A stretch of DNA of 35,044 bases from Octopus bimaculoides (GCF_001194135.2 NC_068985.1:92194245-92229288); one strand, 5' to 3'; positions 11,590-23,624 are shown, numbered from the stretch's first letter. A program made the numbers and translations. The notes: a model not told the origin generated them from the letters alone.

Positions 11590-12470
11590 TTGACTGCTAT
11601 TTTTAGCAGGTCAAAGTACACTCGCTTGTTTGCTCAAGCAGTCGTTCTTCTTGCAAATGTGAGACGTCAAATTGTTTCTTTAAAACATTCCAGAGTTTTC
11701 TATGGTTTCATTTATCCAAATCTTTTTCAAGGCCAGTTACATGTGTTGCTCATATTTCGCCCTAAATCAGCTCTTTCCTAGAAAACCTGTGATCAAAGAT
11801 AATCCATCTGTGACCATCCTGTCTCTTTGCAAGCATCGTTCACAGTTCACTCAATACGTCTAATCACGGCATCACGGTTTTGACCGGACTGTCGGATGTT
11901 GCTATGCATCGCTGATCACAGTGTGATTTGCATTGTTTTACTTTTCGAATGACGCCTCCCCACTGGTTAGGCAAACAGGCCAACCTTCCCCCACTAAACA
12001 GGAGGTGCTATTCCGTCGCGTGGCTAACCATCTACGGCTGAGTGGACTGGAGTAATGTGAAATAAAGTGTTTTGCCCAAGAACACAAAGCCCAGCTAGGT
12101 CCGTGAATCGAACCAGCGCTCAAGCAGTCGAGAGTGAAACACCCTAACCACGAGGCCATGCGCCTTCACATATCCACGTCTTTTCGTTTAGTTGGTAAGG
12201 TGAGAGGTGGGATTCGGTTGCTATTTTTAGCGGAGTGAACGACCACCTAGAGTCCTCACTGTTCACGATGTTGTTTAGCTCTAGTCCATCCCTGTTTGAG
12301 AAAACCTATGATCAAAGGCGCTCCATCTTTGGCTATTCCTTCTTTTCGAATGTTCCAGGAACTCTTGACTTATCTCCCCCAAACTTTTCAAAGACAATAG
12401 CGTTTATTTCAGCGAGATTTGATTGCTATTTCTAACAAATCGAGCAACCACGTAGAGACTCCGTCATTTG
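11590..12470 (+). repeat. Fragments of an unclassified dispersed repeat, split by a SINE
   Basis: The TGCTATTTYTARC motif occurs near 11595, 12219 and 12424. GAAAACCTRTGATCAAAG occurs at 11781 and 12300. Confidence 0.55.
11850..12170 (-). mobile_element. tRNA-derived SINE, family C (head GAAGGCGCRTGGC..GTGG)
   Basis: A box TGGCCTCGTGG, B box GGTTCGATTC and TTTCACATTACTCCAGTCCACTCAGC body. Confidence 0.85.
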
Positions 12471-13119
12471 GCTCGGATTTGTTGTTGTTGTTGTTGTTGA
12501 TGGTGGTGATGATGATGNNNNNNNNNNNNNNNNNNNNNNNNNNNNNNNNNNNNNNNNNNNNNNNNNNNNNNNNNNNNNNNNNNNNNNNNNNNNNNNNNNN
12601 NNNNNNNNNNNNNNNNNNNNNNNNNNNNNNNNNNNNNNNNNNNNNNNNNNNNNNNNNNNNNNNNNNNNNNNNNNNNNNNNNNNNNNNNNNNNNNNNNNNN
12701 NNNNNNNNNNNNNNNNNNNNNNNNNNNNNNNNNNNNNNNNNNNNNNNNNNNNNNNNNNNNNNNNNNNNNNNNNNNNNNNNNNNNNNNNNNNNNNNNNNNN
12801 NNNNNNNNNNNNNNNNNNNNNNNNNNNNNNNNNNNNNNNNNNNNNNNNNNNNNNNNNNNNNNNNNNNNNNNNNNNNNNNNNNNNNNNNNNNNNNNNNNNN
12901 NNNNNNNNNNNNNNNNNNNNNNNNNNNNNNNNNNNNNNNNNNNNNNNNNNNNNNNNNNNNNNNNNNNNNNNNNNNNNNNNNNNNNNNNNNNNNNNNNNNN
13001 NNNNNNNNNNNNNNNNNNNNNNNNNNNNNNNNNNNNNNNNNNNNNNNNNNNNNNNNNNNNNNNNNNNNNNNNNNNNNNNNNNNNNNNNNNNNNNNNNNNN
13101 NNNNNATATATATACATCC

Positions 13120-13150
<31 letters not shown>

Positions 13151-13609
13151 TCCTTCTACTGAAGTCTCTCTTTCCTCTGATTGATGTAACATTACCGCGC
13201 TGCATCATTTCTGTTTCTGCTACATTTCATGTTACTACCGTGACATTGTGTCTTAAACCTACCACATGTGATATCGTTACTCGTGCTACAGACAATGCGT
13301 CACGCCTACTAATTCATAAGGTCATGTGACTGCTGTTATTGTGACTGTCACACCAACTGCTACATGATTTGTATTGCAGTCGTTGTTTCTGTTGCTGTTG
13401 TTGCTATTGTTGTCTTTCCTGCTGTTACCGCCACATGTGATCAACGCTTGTTCATGGTGATAGTGTTGCGGCTGCTGTTACTATCACTGTTACCTCTAAC
13501 AGAACACGTGATCGTCTGACTACCGCTTTACCTTGTCAGTATCCTAACGCTACATGTGATCGTCTTGACACATGTAGCTGGGTTTGTCGTCGTTGTTATT
13601 GTCTATATC

Positions 13610-13815
13610 GGTTTCAAATTTTGTCACAAGACCAGAATTTTGGTGGGAGAGGACTAGTCGATTGCACCGACTCCAGTATTCAACTGGTACTTATTTTATC
13701 GATTTCGAAAGGACGAAAGGCAAAGTCGGCAACATTTCAACTCAGAACGTAAAGACGAACGCAATACCGCTAAGCATTTTGTTCGGCGCGCCAACGGTTC
13801 TGCCAGCTCACTGTC
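13610..13815 (-). mobile_element. SINE family A
   Basis: Well-preserved copy: CAGTGAGCTGGCAGAACCGTTGG...GATAAAATAAGTACCAGTTGAATACTGGAGTCGG. Confidence 0.9.
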
Positions 13816-13818
13816 TTA

Positions 13819-13877
<59 letters not shown>
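13819..13877. repeat. (AAT)n microsatellite
   Basis: Directly visible. Confidence 0.97.
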
Positions 13878-13878
<1 letters not shown>

Positions 13879-14842
13879 TCAGACAAGTACATAACAAAAA
13901 CACCAGGACTTACAAGTATATATAACATGCAGAAAATTGCACTACTGGGCACTGCACACATCCTACGCAAAACACATTCAATACAGTAACCATAAGAGTA
14001 TCACAGCAAACCATNNNNNNNNNNNNNNNNNNNNNNNNNNNNNNNNNNNNNNNNNNNNNNNNNNNNNNNNNNNNNNNNNNNNNNNNNNNNNNNNNNNNNN
14101 NNNNNNNNNNNNNNNNNNNNNNNNNNNNNNNNNNNNNNNNNNNNNNNNNNNNNNNNNNNNNNNNNNNNNNNNNNNNNNNNNNNNNNNNNNNNNNNNNNNN
14201 NNNNNNNNNNNNNNNNNNNNNNNNNNNNNNNNNNNNNNNNNNNNNNNNNNNNNNNNNNNNNNNNNNNNNNNNNNNNNNNNNNNNNNNNNNNNNNNNNNNN
14301 NNNNNNNNNNNNNNNNNNNNNNNNNNNNNNNNNNNNNNNNNNNNNNNNNNNNNNNNNNNNNNNNNNNNNNNNNNNNNNNNNNNNNNNNNNNNNNNNNNNN
14401 NNNNNNNNNNNNNNNNNNNNNNNNNNNNNNNNNNNNNNNNNNNNNNNNNNNNNNNNNNNNNNNNNNNNNNNNNNNNNNNNNNNNNNNNNNNNNNNNNNNN
14501 NNNNNNNNNNNNNNNNNNNNNNNNNNNNNNNNNNNNNNNNNNNNNNNNNNNNNNNNNNNNNNNNNNNNNNNNNNNNNNNNNNNNNNNNNNNNNNNNNNNN
14601 NNNNNNNNNNNNNNNNNNNNNNNNNNNNNNNNNNNNNNNNNNNNNNNNNNNNNNNNNNNNNNNNNNNNNNNNNNNNNNNNNNNNNNNNNNNNNNNNNNNN
14701 NNNNNNNNNNNNNNNNNNNNNNNNNNNNNNNNNNNNNNNNNNNNNNNNNNNNNNNNNNNNNNNNNNNNNNNNNNNNNNNNNNNNNNNNNNNNNNNNNNNN
14801 NNNNNGTAACTACAAAACATGAAGGAAGAGAAGTCAGTTCTC

Positions 14843-14848
14843 TTTATT
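14843..14848 (-). terminator. Candidate polyadenylation signal AATAAA
   Basis: Lies about 140 nt downstream of the candidate stop codons. The motif is common in AT-rich DNA. Confidence 0.3.
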
Positions 14849-14978
14849 GATCATGTACTTTTAAATACTGTACTTTAAGTATATATTCAAGTACTTTGCT
14901 TCCATGTTTCAGACACGAAGCTGGTTTCATTGTGAAGAATATTTTTGACTTGTAACTTTCCATTGTTTTTCTTTGTTA

Positions 14979-15012
14979 TCATTTTGTTGCTATTATTTTT
15001 TCCTCCCTAGTC
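14979..15012 (-). CDS. Candidate terminal coding exon (TREEKIIATK* or RLGRKK*)
   Basis: Acceptor AAAATTGTCATTTCAG at 15013-15015. Stops are at 14993-14995 (phase 1) or 14979-14981 (phase 2). Downstream AATAAA on the minus strand at 14843-14848. Confidence 0.4.
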
Positions 15013-15034
15013 CTGAAATGACAATTTTCTTCCT

Positions 15035-15462
15035 CTGGAGCAATTTTGCATCAATAAAAGATGTTCTCTGAACATTTTATGTGGCTTAGAAGTATGTAAA
15101 AATGATCAAATCAAATTACAAGCATTTTTATGTTAGGAAAATTTGTAACATAATTTTCTCCCTCCTTCTCTCTCTCTCCCTCTTTCTTTTTCTACATAGA
15201 CACGTACACGCACATAAATATACATAAACCCAACACACATATATATATGCATGCATATATACGCACGCACATATGCATATACACACACATATATATGCAT
15301 GTGTGTGTGTGTGTGTAATATAGTTTTATAGTTTTTATTTAATTTCTCTTCTGCGACTTCTCTGGTTGATTTGATAAGTTTTTTTTTTTTTATATATATA
15401 TTTTTTCTTAAATCATATAAAATTACACTGAACATCTTTTTATTGATGCAAAATTGACTCAG
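15035..15462. repeat. Imperfect inverted repeat of about 55 bp (arms 15035-15088 and 15408-15462)
   Basis: Core CAATTTTGCATCAATAAAAGATGTTC versus the reverse complement of GAACATCTTTTTATTGATGCAAAATTG, with one 1-nt indel. Confidence 0.9.
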
Positions 15463-15486
15463 ATTTTTGAATGGCTCACATCTTAC

Positions 15487-15540
15487 GTTTGATCATTATC
15501 AGTGCTGCAAGAGTTACCATGGCCATTATGATAATGATTT
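15487..15540 (-). CDS. Candidate 54-nt exon, open in two frames (NHYHNGHGNSCSTDNDQ or IIIIMAMVTLAALIMIK)
   Basis: Acceptor CCACTTATTCCTTTAG and donor AAC|GTAAGA. Frame-preserving length. The third frame has a stop. Confidence 0.55.
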
Positions 15541-16199
15541 CTAAAGGAATAAGTGGTGTGGGTTTTCACAAAGATTTAAAATCAATAGCCTACTTAGTTT
15601 TGGACTATTGATTTTACTTACAGTAATTTAGGACGTAAAGAAAAAAAAAATCTATCAGATAGAAAAGAAGCATTGAATTGTATTAAATATGGTTGTTTGG
15701 GTTATCTACTTCAAAATCTGCTACTTGATATGTATATATTCAATATTCGTTTGTGATATTTGTGAGTTGTGAATACATACTATTGAAATGAGAAGTTAAA
15801 GATTTGCCACGTAAAGAGAAATTTTAGAAATATTTGCAATGAACAGAAAAAACTTTAAAACTGGTCTTAAAATTGAATTCTGACTTGAAACTTAAACTAG
15901 ACAACTTATATGGTTCTAAAACGAATTTCAAACTTTAGTTATGATCTTTATCTTAAATGTATGTTGATTCCATCTTTAATACTGAAGGTCTCTTATTTCT
16001 CATTTAATGCTAGCAGTAAGTGGCAGCAGCATTAGTCTCGATGTGAATTCTGATTACATCGGTAATTCGTTCCATTTGAAACACTTCATTCAGTTCGTAA
16101 TTCTCAACAAACAGATATTTAGATTCTTCGAGGGGACAGAGCTAAATTCGTGGGCAGAATTGCTGAAGTATTTCGTTTCCTTCTTAAACTAAAATGTAT

Positions 16200-16460
16200 A
16201 TCATGCGATCACGTGATCGACCAGTCTATCGGATGTCGTTATACATCAATGATAGGTCACAATGCGCCTTGAATCGTTTCAGCTTTTGTGTGATGCCACG
16301 TTTCTGGCTAGGGGAGCAGGTTAGCATTCTCCCCGATCAGAAAAATAGTCCATCGCAGGGTGACTCCATTTAAATCTGAGTGGACTGAATCAGCGTGAAA
16401 TTAAGTGTTTTGTTCCAGAATACAATTCGCCACTCAACCCAGGAATCGATCATACGATCT
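16200..16460 (-). mobile_element. SINE family C, head-truncated
   Basis: Body and tail colinear with 11850-12170 (CTGAGTGGACTG..GTGAAAT.AAGTGTTTTG on the plus strand). Confidence 0.75.
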
Positions 16461-16739
16461 AATCTCTTTTACCTCAGACTGAACGATATTCTCGATTCCA
16501 TATCATTAAAACTGTTTCTACACACCGTCAAACCCGGAATAACTCTTCGTACAAACTCAACAAACACTATGCAATTAGGATGTATATCCAGTGACAGGAT
16601 TATTCCCACTGTATGACATCAGGTAGCCAATAACTGTGGACGAGCTTTGCATAGCATAGTAGAAGGATTTTACCCAAATTTTAATCAATTACTCACACAC
16701 ACACACACACGCACACACACACGTACATACTGACACTTC

Positions 16740-17040
16740 GTCGCTGACGACGATAAATGTTCCAGTAGAGCCTGCTTGGAAAATTAGCATAGAAGTGGCC
16801 GAGCCCTCCACAGACACACGTACCCTTGACGTAGATCTCAGGGAGATTCAGCGAGTCACTAAATGTGACGAGGCTGCTTCTTTGTAATACAGATACGACT
16901 CACTTTTTCCAGCTCAGTGAACTGGAGCAACGTGAAATAAAACGCCTTGCTCAAGATTAGAAATCGTCGCCGGGAATCGAACTCACAACCCTACGATCGT
17001 GTGGCAAATACTTCTACCCACTAAGCCACACGCCTTCACA
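16740..17040 (-). mobile_element. SINE with a family-C head and a different 3' tail
   Basis: Head TGTGAAGGCGTGTGGCTTAGTGG..GTTCGATTCCCGGCG. The tail is unrelated to that of 11850-12170. Confidence 0.8.
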
Positions 17041-17319
17041 AGAAACTTTATATAACGAACATACATACTACAACATGTGTTGAACAAGTGTTAAAAGTAA
17101 ATTTTGTTTAAGTAATTTTGTCTCTTTACAGTTCCAATATATTTTTTTAGAAACCTTTGAAGCCCACAGAAGAACTCTTGAGAACTTGTTATATAAATAG
17201 ACATTAATGTGTTTTAACATACCATCACAATTATAAAGCTTCTCTCACTGTATATTATTTAGTCTGAAAATCAAATATAATTAAGAATGAAAACTGTGCA
17301 GACGTCCTTGAAGCATGTA

Positions 17320-17800
17320 CGTACGTATGTGTGTGTTAGTGTAAATTTCTGTACGTACGTCTGTGAGTGTGTGTGTGTATGTGTGTGTATGTGTCTGTGT
17401 GTGTGTGTGTGTCTGTCTGTCTGTGTGTGTGTGTGTGTGTGTGTATGAGTTTGCGTGTGGCTGTTTGTGAGTGTGTTTGTAAACATACGTGCGTTGCTTT
17501 ATGAAACGAATGAGAAAGAAGAACCCAATACATACTGTAGGAGTTTTATTGTATTAAAAATGGAAACTAGAAGATTGTCTCGCGATTCCAGTTTTTCTCG
17601 CTCTCGGTTTCGGTTTCAAAGGAGAGGTATACAGAGTAGTGAGTGAAGGAGGGAGGGAGTGGATGAGTGACTGAGTGAGTGGATGAGTGAGTGGATGAGC
17701 GAGTGATTGATTGAGTGAGCGAATAGATGAGTGACTGAGTGAGTGAGTGACTGAGAGTGAGTGAGTGAGTAGATGAGCTAGTGAGTGAGTGAGGGAGGGA
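17320..17800. repeat. (GT)n tract and (GAGT)n tract
   Basis: GT-rich at about 17325-17475 and GAGT-rich at about 17640-17800. Confidence 0.9.
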
Positions 17801-18699
17801 GCGGATCACATGATTTCACCCTGCAGTGGGTTCCTCAGTGAGACATCCAGCAGCACTATAACAGCTGAATTTCCCATCAACGATATATAGAATCTCATTG
17901 CCAGTGTGATTATTAAACCATAATTAATGGTGATAGAAGCAGTATTTGTACCAAAAGGTAGTCTTGATCTTCAACGTCGCTATTAATTATTTAGCTCGAT
18001 GTGCGATTATACGAACTAGATAAGTAGGCTGATTGAGAATCAGTTTAAAGTATTAGATAACTGTGAGTAAAGAAGACCGTATTATAATGGGCTGTTCTGC
18101 TCAGACAACCTCCTGACCTCAGGAAAAACGCTGGATATTAAGAGTTAAGATCTACGCAGACACAAAGAAAAGATGAATTATTTTTATCTGTTTATTCATT
18201 CATTACCTAGGTATTTCTTTGTTTTCCTTTTAGCTTTGTTTTCTTCAGCACCACTCTCTTGGGCCGGGTGAAGGGAATTTGTGGTTTACGATGTAATGGT
18301 AACTGATTTTGGATTCAATTGTGATATGCAAATGAAATTATCCTAATAGAATCAACTTATGGTATACATTCTATGGAATATTGTTTGCTTTAGCAAACTC
18401 TTTGTGTTTATATCTGAAGAATCTGTGCTTACCAATGTTACAGAAATAACAAGTAGTATTCAATATATTATATAATAATATTTTGGCAATGATCTGCTGG
18501 TAAAGCGGAGATAAACAATTGTAGGATTATGCAACAAAACGTGTTTGCTTAATCCAGTCTCTCTTGTTTGCATATTATATCTATATTTTCCACGGATATT
18601 CACGGATTTCTATATGTAACTTCACTAATACGAACGGTTTTCACAGTAAAATCTTGTCTGTTACCCGATACCTGAATGCGGGATACCTAATGCAAGCTA

Positions 18700-18905
<206 letters not shown>

Positions 18906-19548
18906 ATGTTTCTATTTATAACAAATTAAAATATTTTTTCTACAAAACGGCAACAAAATGCAGTAAAGCATTTGATAACAGTTTACAGAACATTTTCAAA
19001 GAAAAATACGAGTTACGAAAGAGAAGTGTAGATATTCAAAGAATATTCAAAGGACTTCAAAGGACATCTAAAATGTTTTAAAGAATTTCAAAGAGATACA
19101 ACCTCTGAAGACACAAACAAATACAACTTGTGATAAGTTGAATTTCAATTACAACTACTTATTTAAATAAAGAAATTTCTCTCATTAGGTTTCTCCAAAA
19201 TTAAATAAATAAAACCGAGACATTAATTCGAAGAACTCCTGAGAGGTTCCAATGGTATGCAATCTAGGTCTAACAAGATATGGTATAGGAAATTCACTAA
19301 AGCGCACAATATCACGAATTTCGTACGGTCAATGTTGCAATCGTCAGACATGCTGTGACAAAAAGCTAGAATTTTTTCTCTGCATGCACAAAATGTACGT
19401 CCGCCGTGCATATCTATCCTTAAATGTAAGTTTTGTCAATTCTAATTAGGTTTCATCGAACAAATTAGAATCTATTGATCGTGGATACACATATATGTTG
19501 GGGAGTGGGGTAGTGCGTAAGCGTGAGCGCGCGTGTATAAGCACATAT

Positions 19549-19753
19549 AGAGTTCCTGGTTTTAAAGGTATCGTAAAAGGCTTGATTGGAGGACCAAACA
19601 TCTGAGTTCTTTTACGAGACTTAGGAAAATCGAAGGCCCGCTGCTATGAGTGTGTGATTCTGAGAAGGGAATATGTTGACTAAACCCTTATTTAAGTGAT
19701 CGCCGTGCATTTTCTTTCACCCAAATCCAGGAACTTTTCAGCCCCACCTCGTG
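19549..19753 (+). mobile_element. Mariner-derived MITE carrying the transposase C-terminus
   Basis: Inverted termini AGTTCCTGGTTTT and TCCAGGAACTTTTCAGCCCCACCTCGTG, followed by TA. The internal frame DLGKSKARCYECVILRREYVD* resembles the mariner C-terminus (KL..RW.KC....G.YVE). Confidence 0.75.
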
Positions 19754-19754
19754 T

Positions 19755-19936
<182 letters not shown>

Positions 19937-20531
19937 TGAGACGACCTGAACCCAACTGTACTTCAAGAATTTTATACGAATTTACCTTCTTCTGGAGGAA
20001 GTCCGAATGAGAACAAGGCGTCCTTCAGCACCAGTGGTTGAGACGCTAGTTAATCCGTAGCTAGGACCCTAACTGGTGCTACTACACCGTATCAGAATAG
20101 GATTAGCAACAATAACGTCTAAGAGATGTTTCTACACTCCTCAAAACACTTAAACTCCAGTACCAGGGCCCACATGCATGGTTCAACATGATACGTGCGT
20201 ACCTAATTCCATACATACTTACATGCATGGGCATGTATAAATTACCAATGTAGTAAATATCCGTAAGTTTTGTGTATATGGTGTACCTGAAATTCATTCT
20301 GTTCGTTTTATTTCTTCAACATTTGACGATGAACGAGACACGTTTAGTTTTAAATTAACCGTCGAGTAATTAAAGTGGACTAGACCAGTTCAAATGTGCT
20401 TCGAGTGGTGTGTGTATGTTTAATTGCTATGCACACATGCACACGAACACAAACACATACACGCACACATACATGCACACGCATAAAAGCATATACTATG
20501 CTTATATCTATATCGGTATGCGCGTGTGCAC

Positions 20532-20567
<36 letters not shown>

Positions 20568-21189
20568 GGGTGTGTGTGTGTGTGCGTGTAGGTATATGTA
20601 TATATATATATANNNNNNNNNNNNNNNNNNNNNNNNNNNNNNNNNNNNNNNNNNNNNNNNNNNNNNNNNNNNNNNNNNNNNNNNNNNNNNNNNNNNNNNN
20701 NNNNNNNNNNNNNNNNNNNNNNNNNNNNNNNNNNNNNNNNNNNNNNNNNNNNNNNNNNNNNNNNNNNNNNNNNNNNNNNNNNNNNNNNNNNNNNNNNNNN
20801 NNNNNNNNNNNNNNNNNNNNNNNNNNNNNNNNNNNNNNNNNNNNNNNNNNNNNNNNNNNNNNNNNNNNNNNTTTGGAAGATATATGCATATGGAAGATAT
20901 ATACGCATCCAATGTATGCGTGTGTACATACATATATATACATACAAACCTATATATATATATATATATATACAAGCATACTCAAACAAAATATGGAGTG
21001 CTCCTTCGGGCTGTAACTTCCTAAGTAAGGGATGCAACACATCAACAACAACAAGAACAATAAGGAAAAGGCCAATACCTTAAGTCAATGGCTGTCGAAT
21101 CCTATGAATTGCCTTCACCGTGAAGAAGGCATTTCATTCCATAGCTGTGTCATTGTTCTGAAATCGAAAATATGTGGCAGATTTCTTAC

Positions 21190-21207
21190 CGAGTGCAATC
21201 GACCGAC
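21190..21207 (-). CDS. Candidate 18-nt microexon (GTCGGTCGATTGCACTCG)
   Basis: Acceptor AATTTCTCTCCCCATTTACCATTCAG and donor TCG|GTAAGA. Frame-preserving, and 296 nt downstream of the 24-nt microexon. Confidence 0.55.
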
Positions 21208-21269
21208 CTGAATGGTAAATGGGGAGAGAAATTGAATTGGCACACTTGAGCAAAATCAACAGCACCACC

Positions 21270-21300
<31 letters not shown>

Positions 21301-21503
21301 CGATTACGACGACGACGTATGCATAGGAATATATATATATATATATTAAAAAAAATTGATCTTTCAACAACAATGGAGTGGTTGTTTAAAAGGTTGGTAA
21401 GCATTCAAGAGTATTATGGTTTTGGTGGCGGTGGTGGTGGTGGTGATGATGTTCGTGTTAGGGTTTTGGCGGTGGTGTTGTTGCTGCTGGCGGTCGCTCT
21501 TAC

Positions 21504-21527
21504 TGTAAAACTGTTTTCCCCCGATAG
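21504..21527 (-). CDS. Candidate 24-nt microexon (CTATCGGGGGAAAACAGTTTTACA)
   Basis: Strong acceptor TATTTTCGATTTTCTTTTCTCAG and donor ACA|GTAAGA. Length is divisible by 3. Reads YRGKTVL (phase 2) or IGGKQFY (phase 1). Confidence 0.55.
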
Positions 21528-21564
21528 CTGAGAAAAGAAAATCGAAAATATACACAAATATGCT

Positions 21565-21721
21565 TGCATGTATACATACATACATACATACAAATACATG
21601 CATGCATACATATATTCATATATATATGTGTATATATATTCATATATATATGTATGTATATATATTTGTGTGTATATGTATGTATATATATTTGTGTGTA
21701 TATGTATGTATAAATATATTC

Positions 21722-21752
<31 letters not shown>

Positions 21753-21870
21753 TACATATATATACATATATACTTATATGTATATATATATGTGTGTGTG
21801 CGCGCGTGTGTGTGTGTGTGTATGCATATGTATATATATAAATATATATACATGCATAAATATATATACA

Positions 21871-21908
<38 letters not shown>

Positions 21909-22010
21909 TATATGTGTATGCACAGAAATTTATGGAAATATGCACACTCCCTTACACATGTGTGCATATATACATGTGTGTTTGTGTATACATATCCATG
22001 CGAGTATGTG
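21565..22010. repeat. (TA)/(TG)/(CA) compound microsatellite
   Basis: Directly visible. Confidence 0.95.
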
Positions 22011-22146
22011 TGGGTTTCTATAGTTATATGTTAACAAAGAGAATGACTAAAGAATTTTTATGTAACACGGTTGATAATACAGAGTGAGTTATTTCGCAAT
22101 ACGTTTTACTGTAAATTTGTTGTAATATATTGCTGTCGTAAAAATA

Positions 22147-22350
22147 GCGGTGAAATGGCGAAACGAGTCGATACGGGATTAATTACTTTACAGAATTCAT
22201 ATTAGCTCTGACTTCGTATTCCTCTGGGATTGAATTTTGCTTTATTCTTCACTCGCTTGGAATCAATAAAATAAGTACCAGTTGTATACTGTTGTCGATT
22301 TTATCGAATAGATCTTCATTTGTGGAAATTGGCCTCATGCCCAATCAGAA
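22147..22350 (+). mobile_element. SINE family A, old and degraded
   Basis: GCGGTGAAATGGCGAAAC head remnant and ATAAAATAAGTACCAGTTG core. Confidence 0.65.
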
Positions 22351-23301
22351 AAAATCAATACGTACGTAATAGATGTAGACAATATGTATGCATAGTGAAC
22401 GTACACAAATAAATGAAACTCATACAGATGCCAAGATTGAAAACTAAATTTATATTGACATAAATATGAAGCAATTTTGAGGGACACTATTTCCTAATAA
22501 ATAGGATAAGGTTCCTTCCAAAAGATGGCGGTGAATTATTGGTTAGAGCGTGTATTTACTTTTGTTTTGAAGACATTTGAAATGTTTTGGGGGAAGAAAC
22601 GTGATTGGCAGCTAACTTTCTGAATTAATATTAGCCACTAGTCACCGTAAGTTTGTCACGAAATTGATAGAATAAATAACCAGATTTCTGGGAATACATT
22701 TGAATTTCTGCTACGAACTTGTAAAGACGTCAGAAAATAGATTAAACGGAAAAGGAAAAATATAATCTGCAAGAAAACTCGTTGTTAAACTTTCTTTGGC
22801 AATCACTTCATTGGCAGGTTACTTGTTGGCTATCTTTTTTTTTTATTTACGTATTTTAATATTGTCTTATTTTAATTTCATTTCTAAAAATCAAGGCGTA
22901 TTGTTGTAATTAAAGTGAAATCACATCTTGTCAATTTAGTACTTTTTCTAGGTCAATTTAATTGAGTCAACACGATGTTTGCAGCACTATGCCTATGTTA
23001 GGAAACTTTGTAATAAGTTTTTTGTTTGTCTGTTTCTTTGTTTGTTTGGGGTTATTTTTTTTTGTTTTTTTGATTTGTTTGCTATTAGAGCAAAGAAGAG
23101 GAGCATGGCTAATAGCTTTTGCAGGTCTTCCCAAACAGAAGCAATCGATGCCGTTGGCCAGCAGTTTGATCGTTGAATGGTAATGCTGCATAGAAAAACG
23201 TGATGCCGTTCATGTCTGGGTTGATCTCTGATTCTTCGTCTTCGAAGGGAAATGGTGTGCAGTGGTGCTCAATTTCAACGTCTGTATTTTTACATACATG
23301 G

Positions 23302-23346
<45 letters not shown>

Positions 23347-23565
23347 NNNNNNNNNNNNNNNNNNNNNNNNNNNNNNNNNNNNNNNNNNNNNNNNNNNNNN
23401 NNNNNNNNNNNNNNNNNNNNNNNNNNNNNNNNNNNNNNNNNNNNNNNNNNNNNNNNNNNNNNNNNNNNNNNNNNNNNNNNNNNNNNNNNNNNNNNNNNNN
23501 NNNNNNNNNNNNNNNNNNNNNNNNNNNNNNNNNNNNNNNNNNNNNNNNNNNNNNNNNNNNNNNNN

Positions 23566-23624
<59 letters not shown>

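Noticed and set aside
12419-14820. ORFs of 240-290 aa
   Set aside because: Almost entirely N-gap.
16490-16660. Possible CR1 3'-end remnant (TRNNSSYKLNKHY)
   Set aside because: The similarity is too short and degenerate to support a call.
20045-20170. Fragment resembling a dispersed octopus repeat (GGACCCTAACTGGTGCTACTAC...)
   Set aside because: It is too diverged to classify without a repeat library.
23109-23281. Protein-like minus-strand frame DVEIEHHCTPFPFEDEESEINPDMNGITFFYAALPF...KSY* as an alternative terminal exon
   Set aside because: The acceptor is weak, there is no donor, other frames and the plus strand give equally plausible readings, and no homology was recognised.
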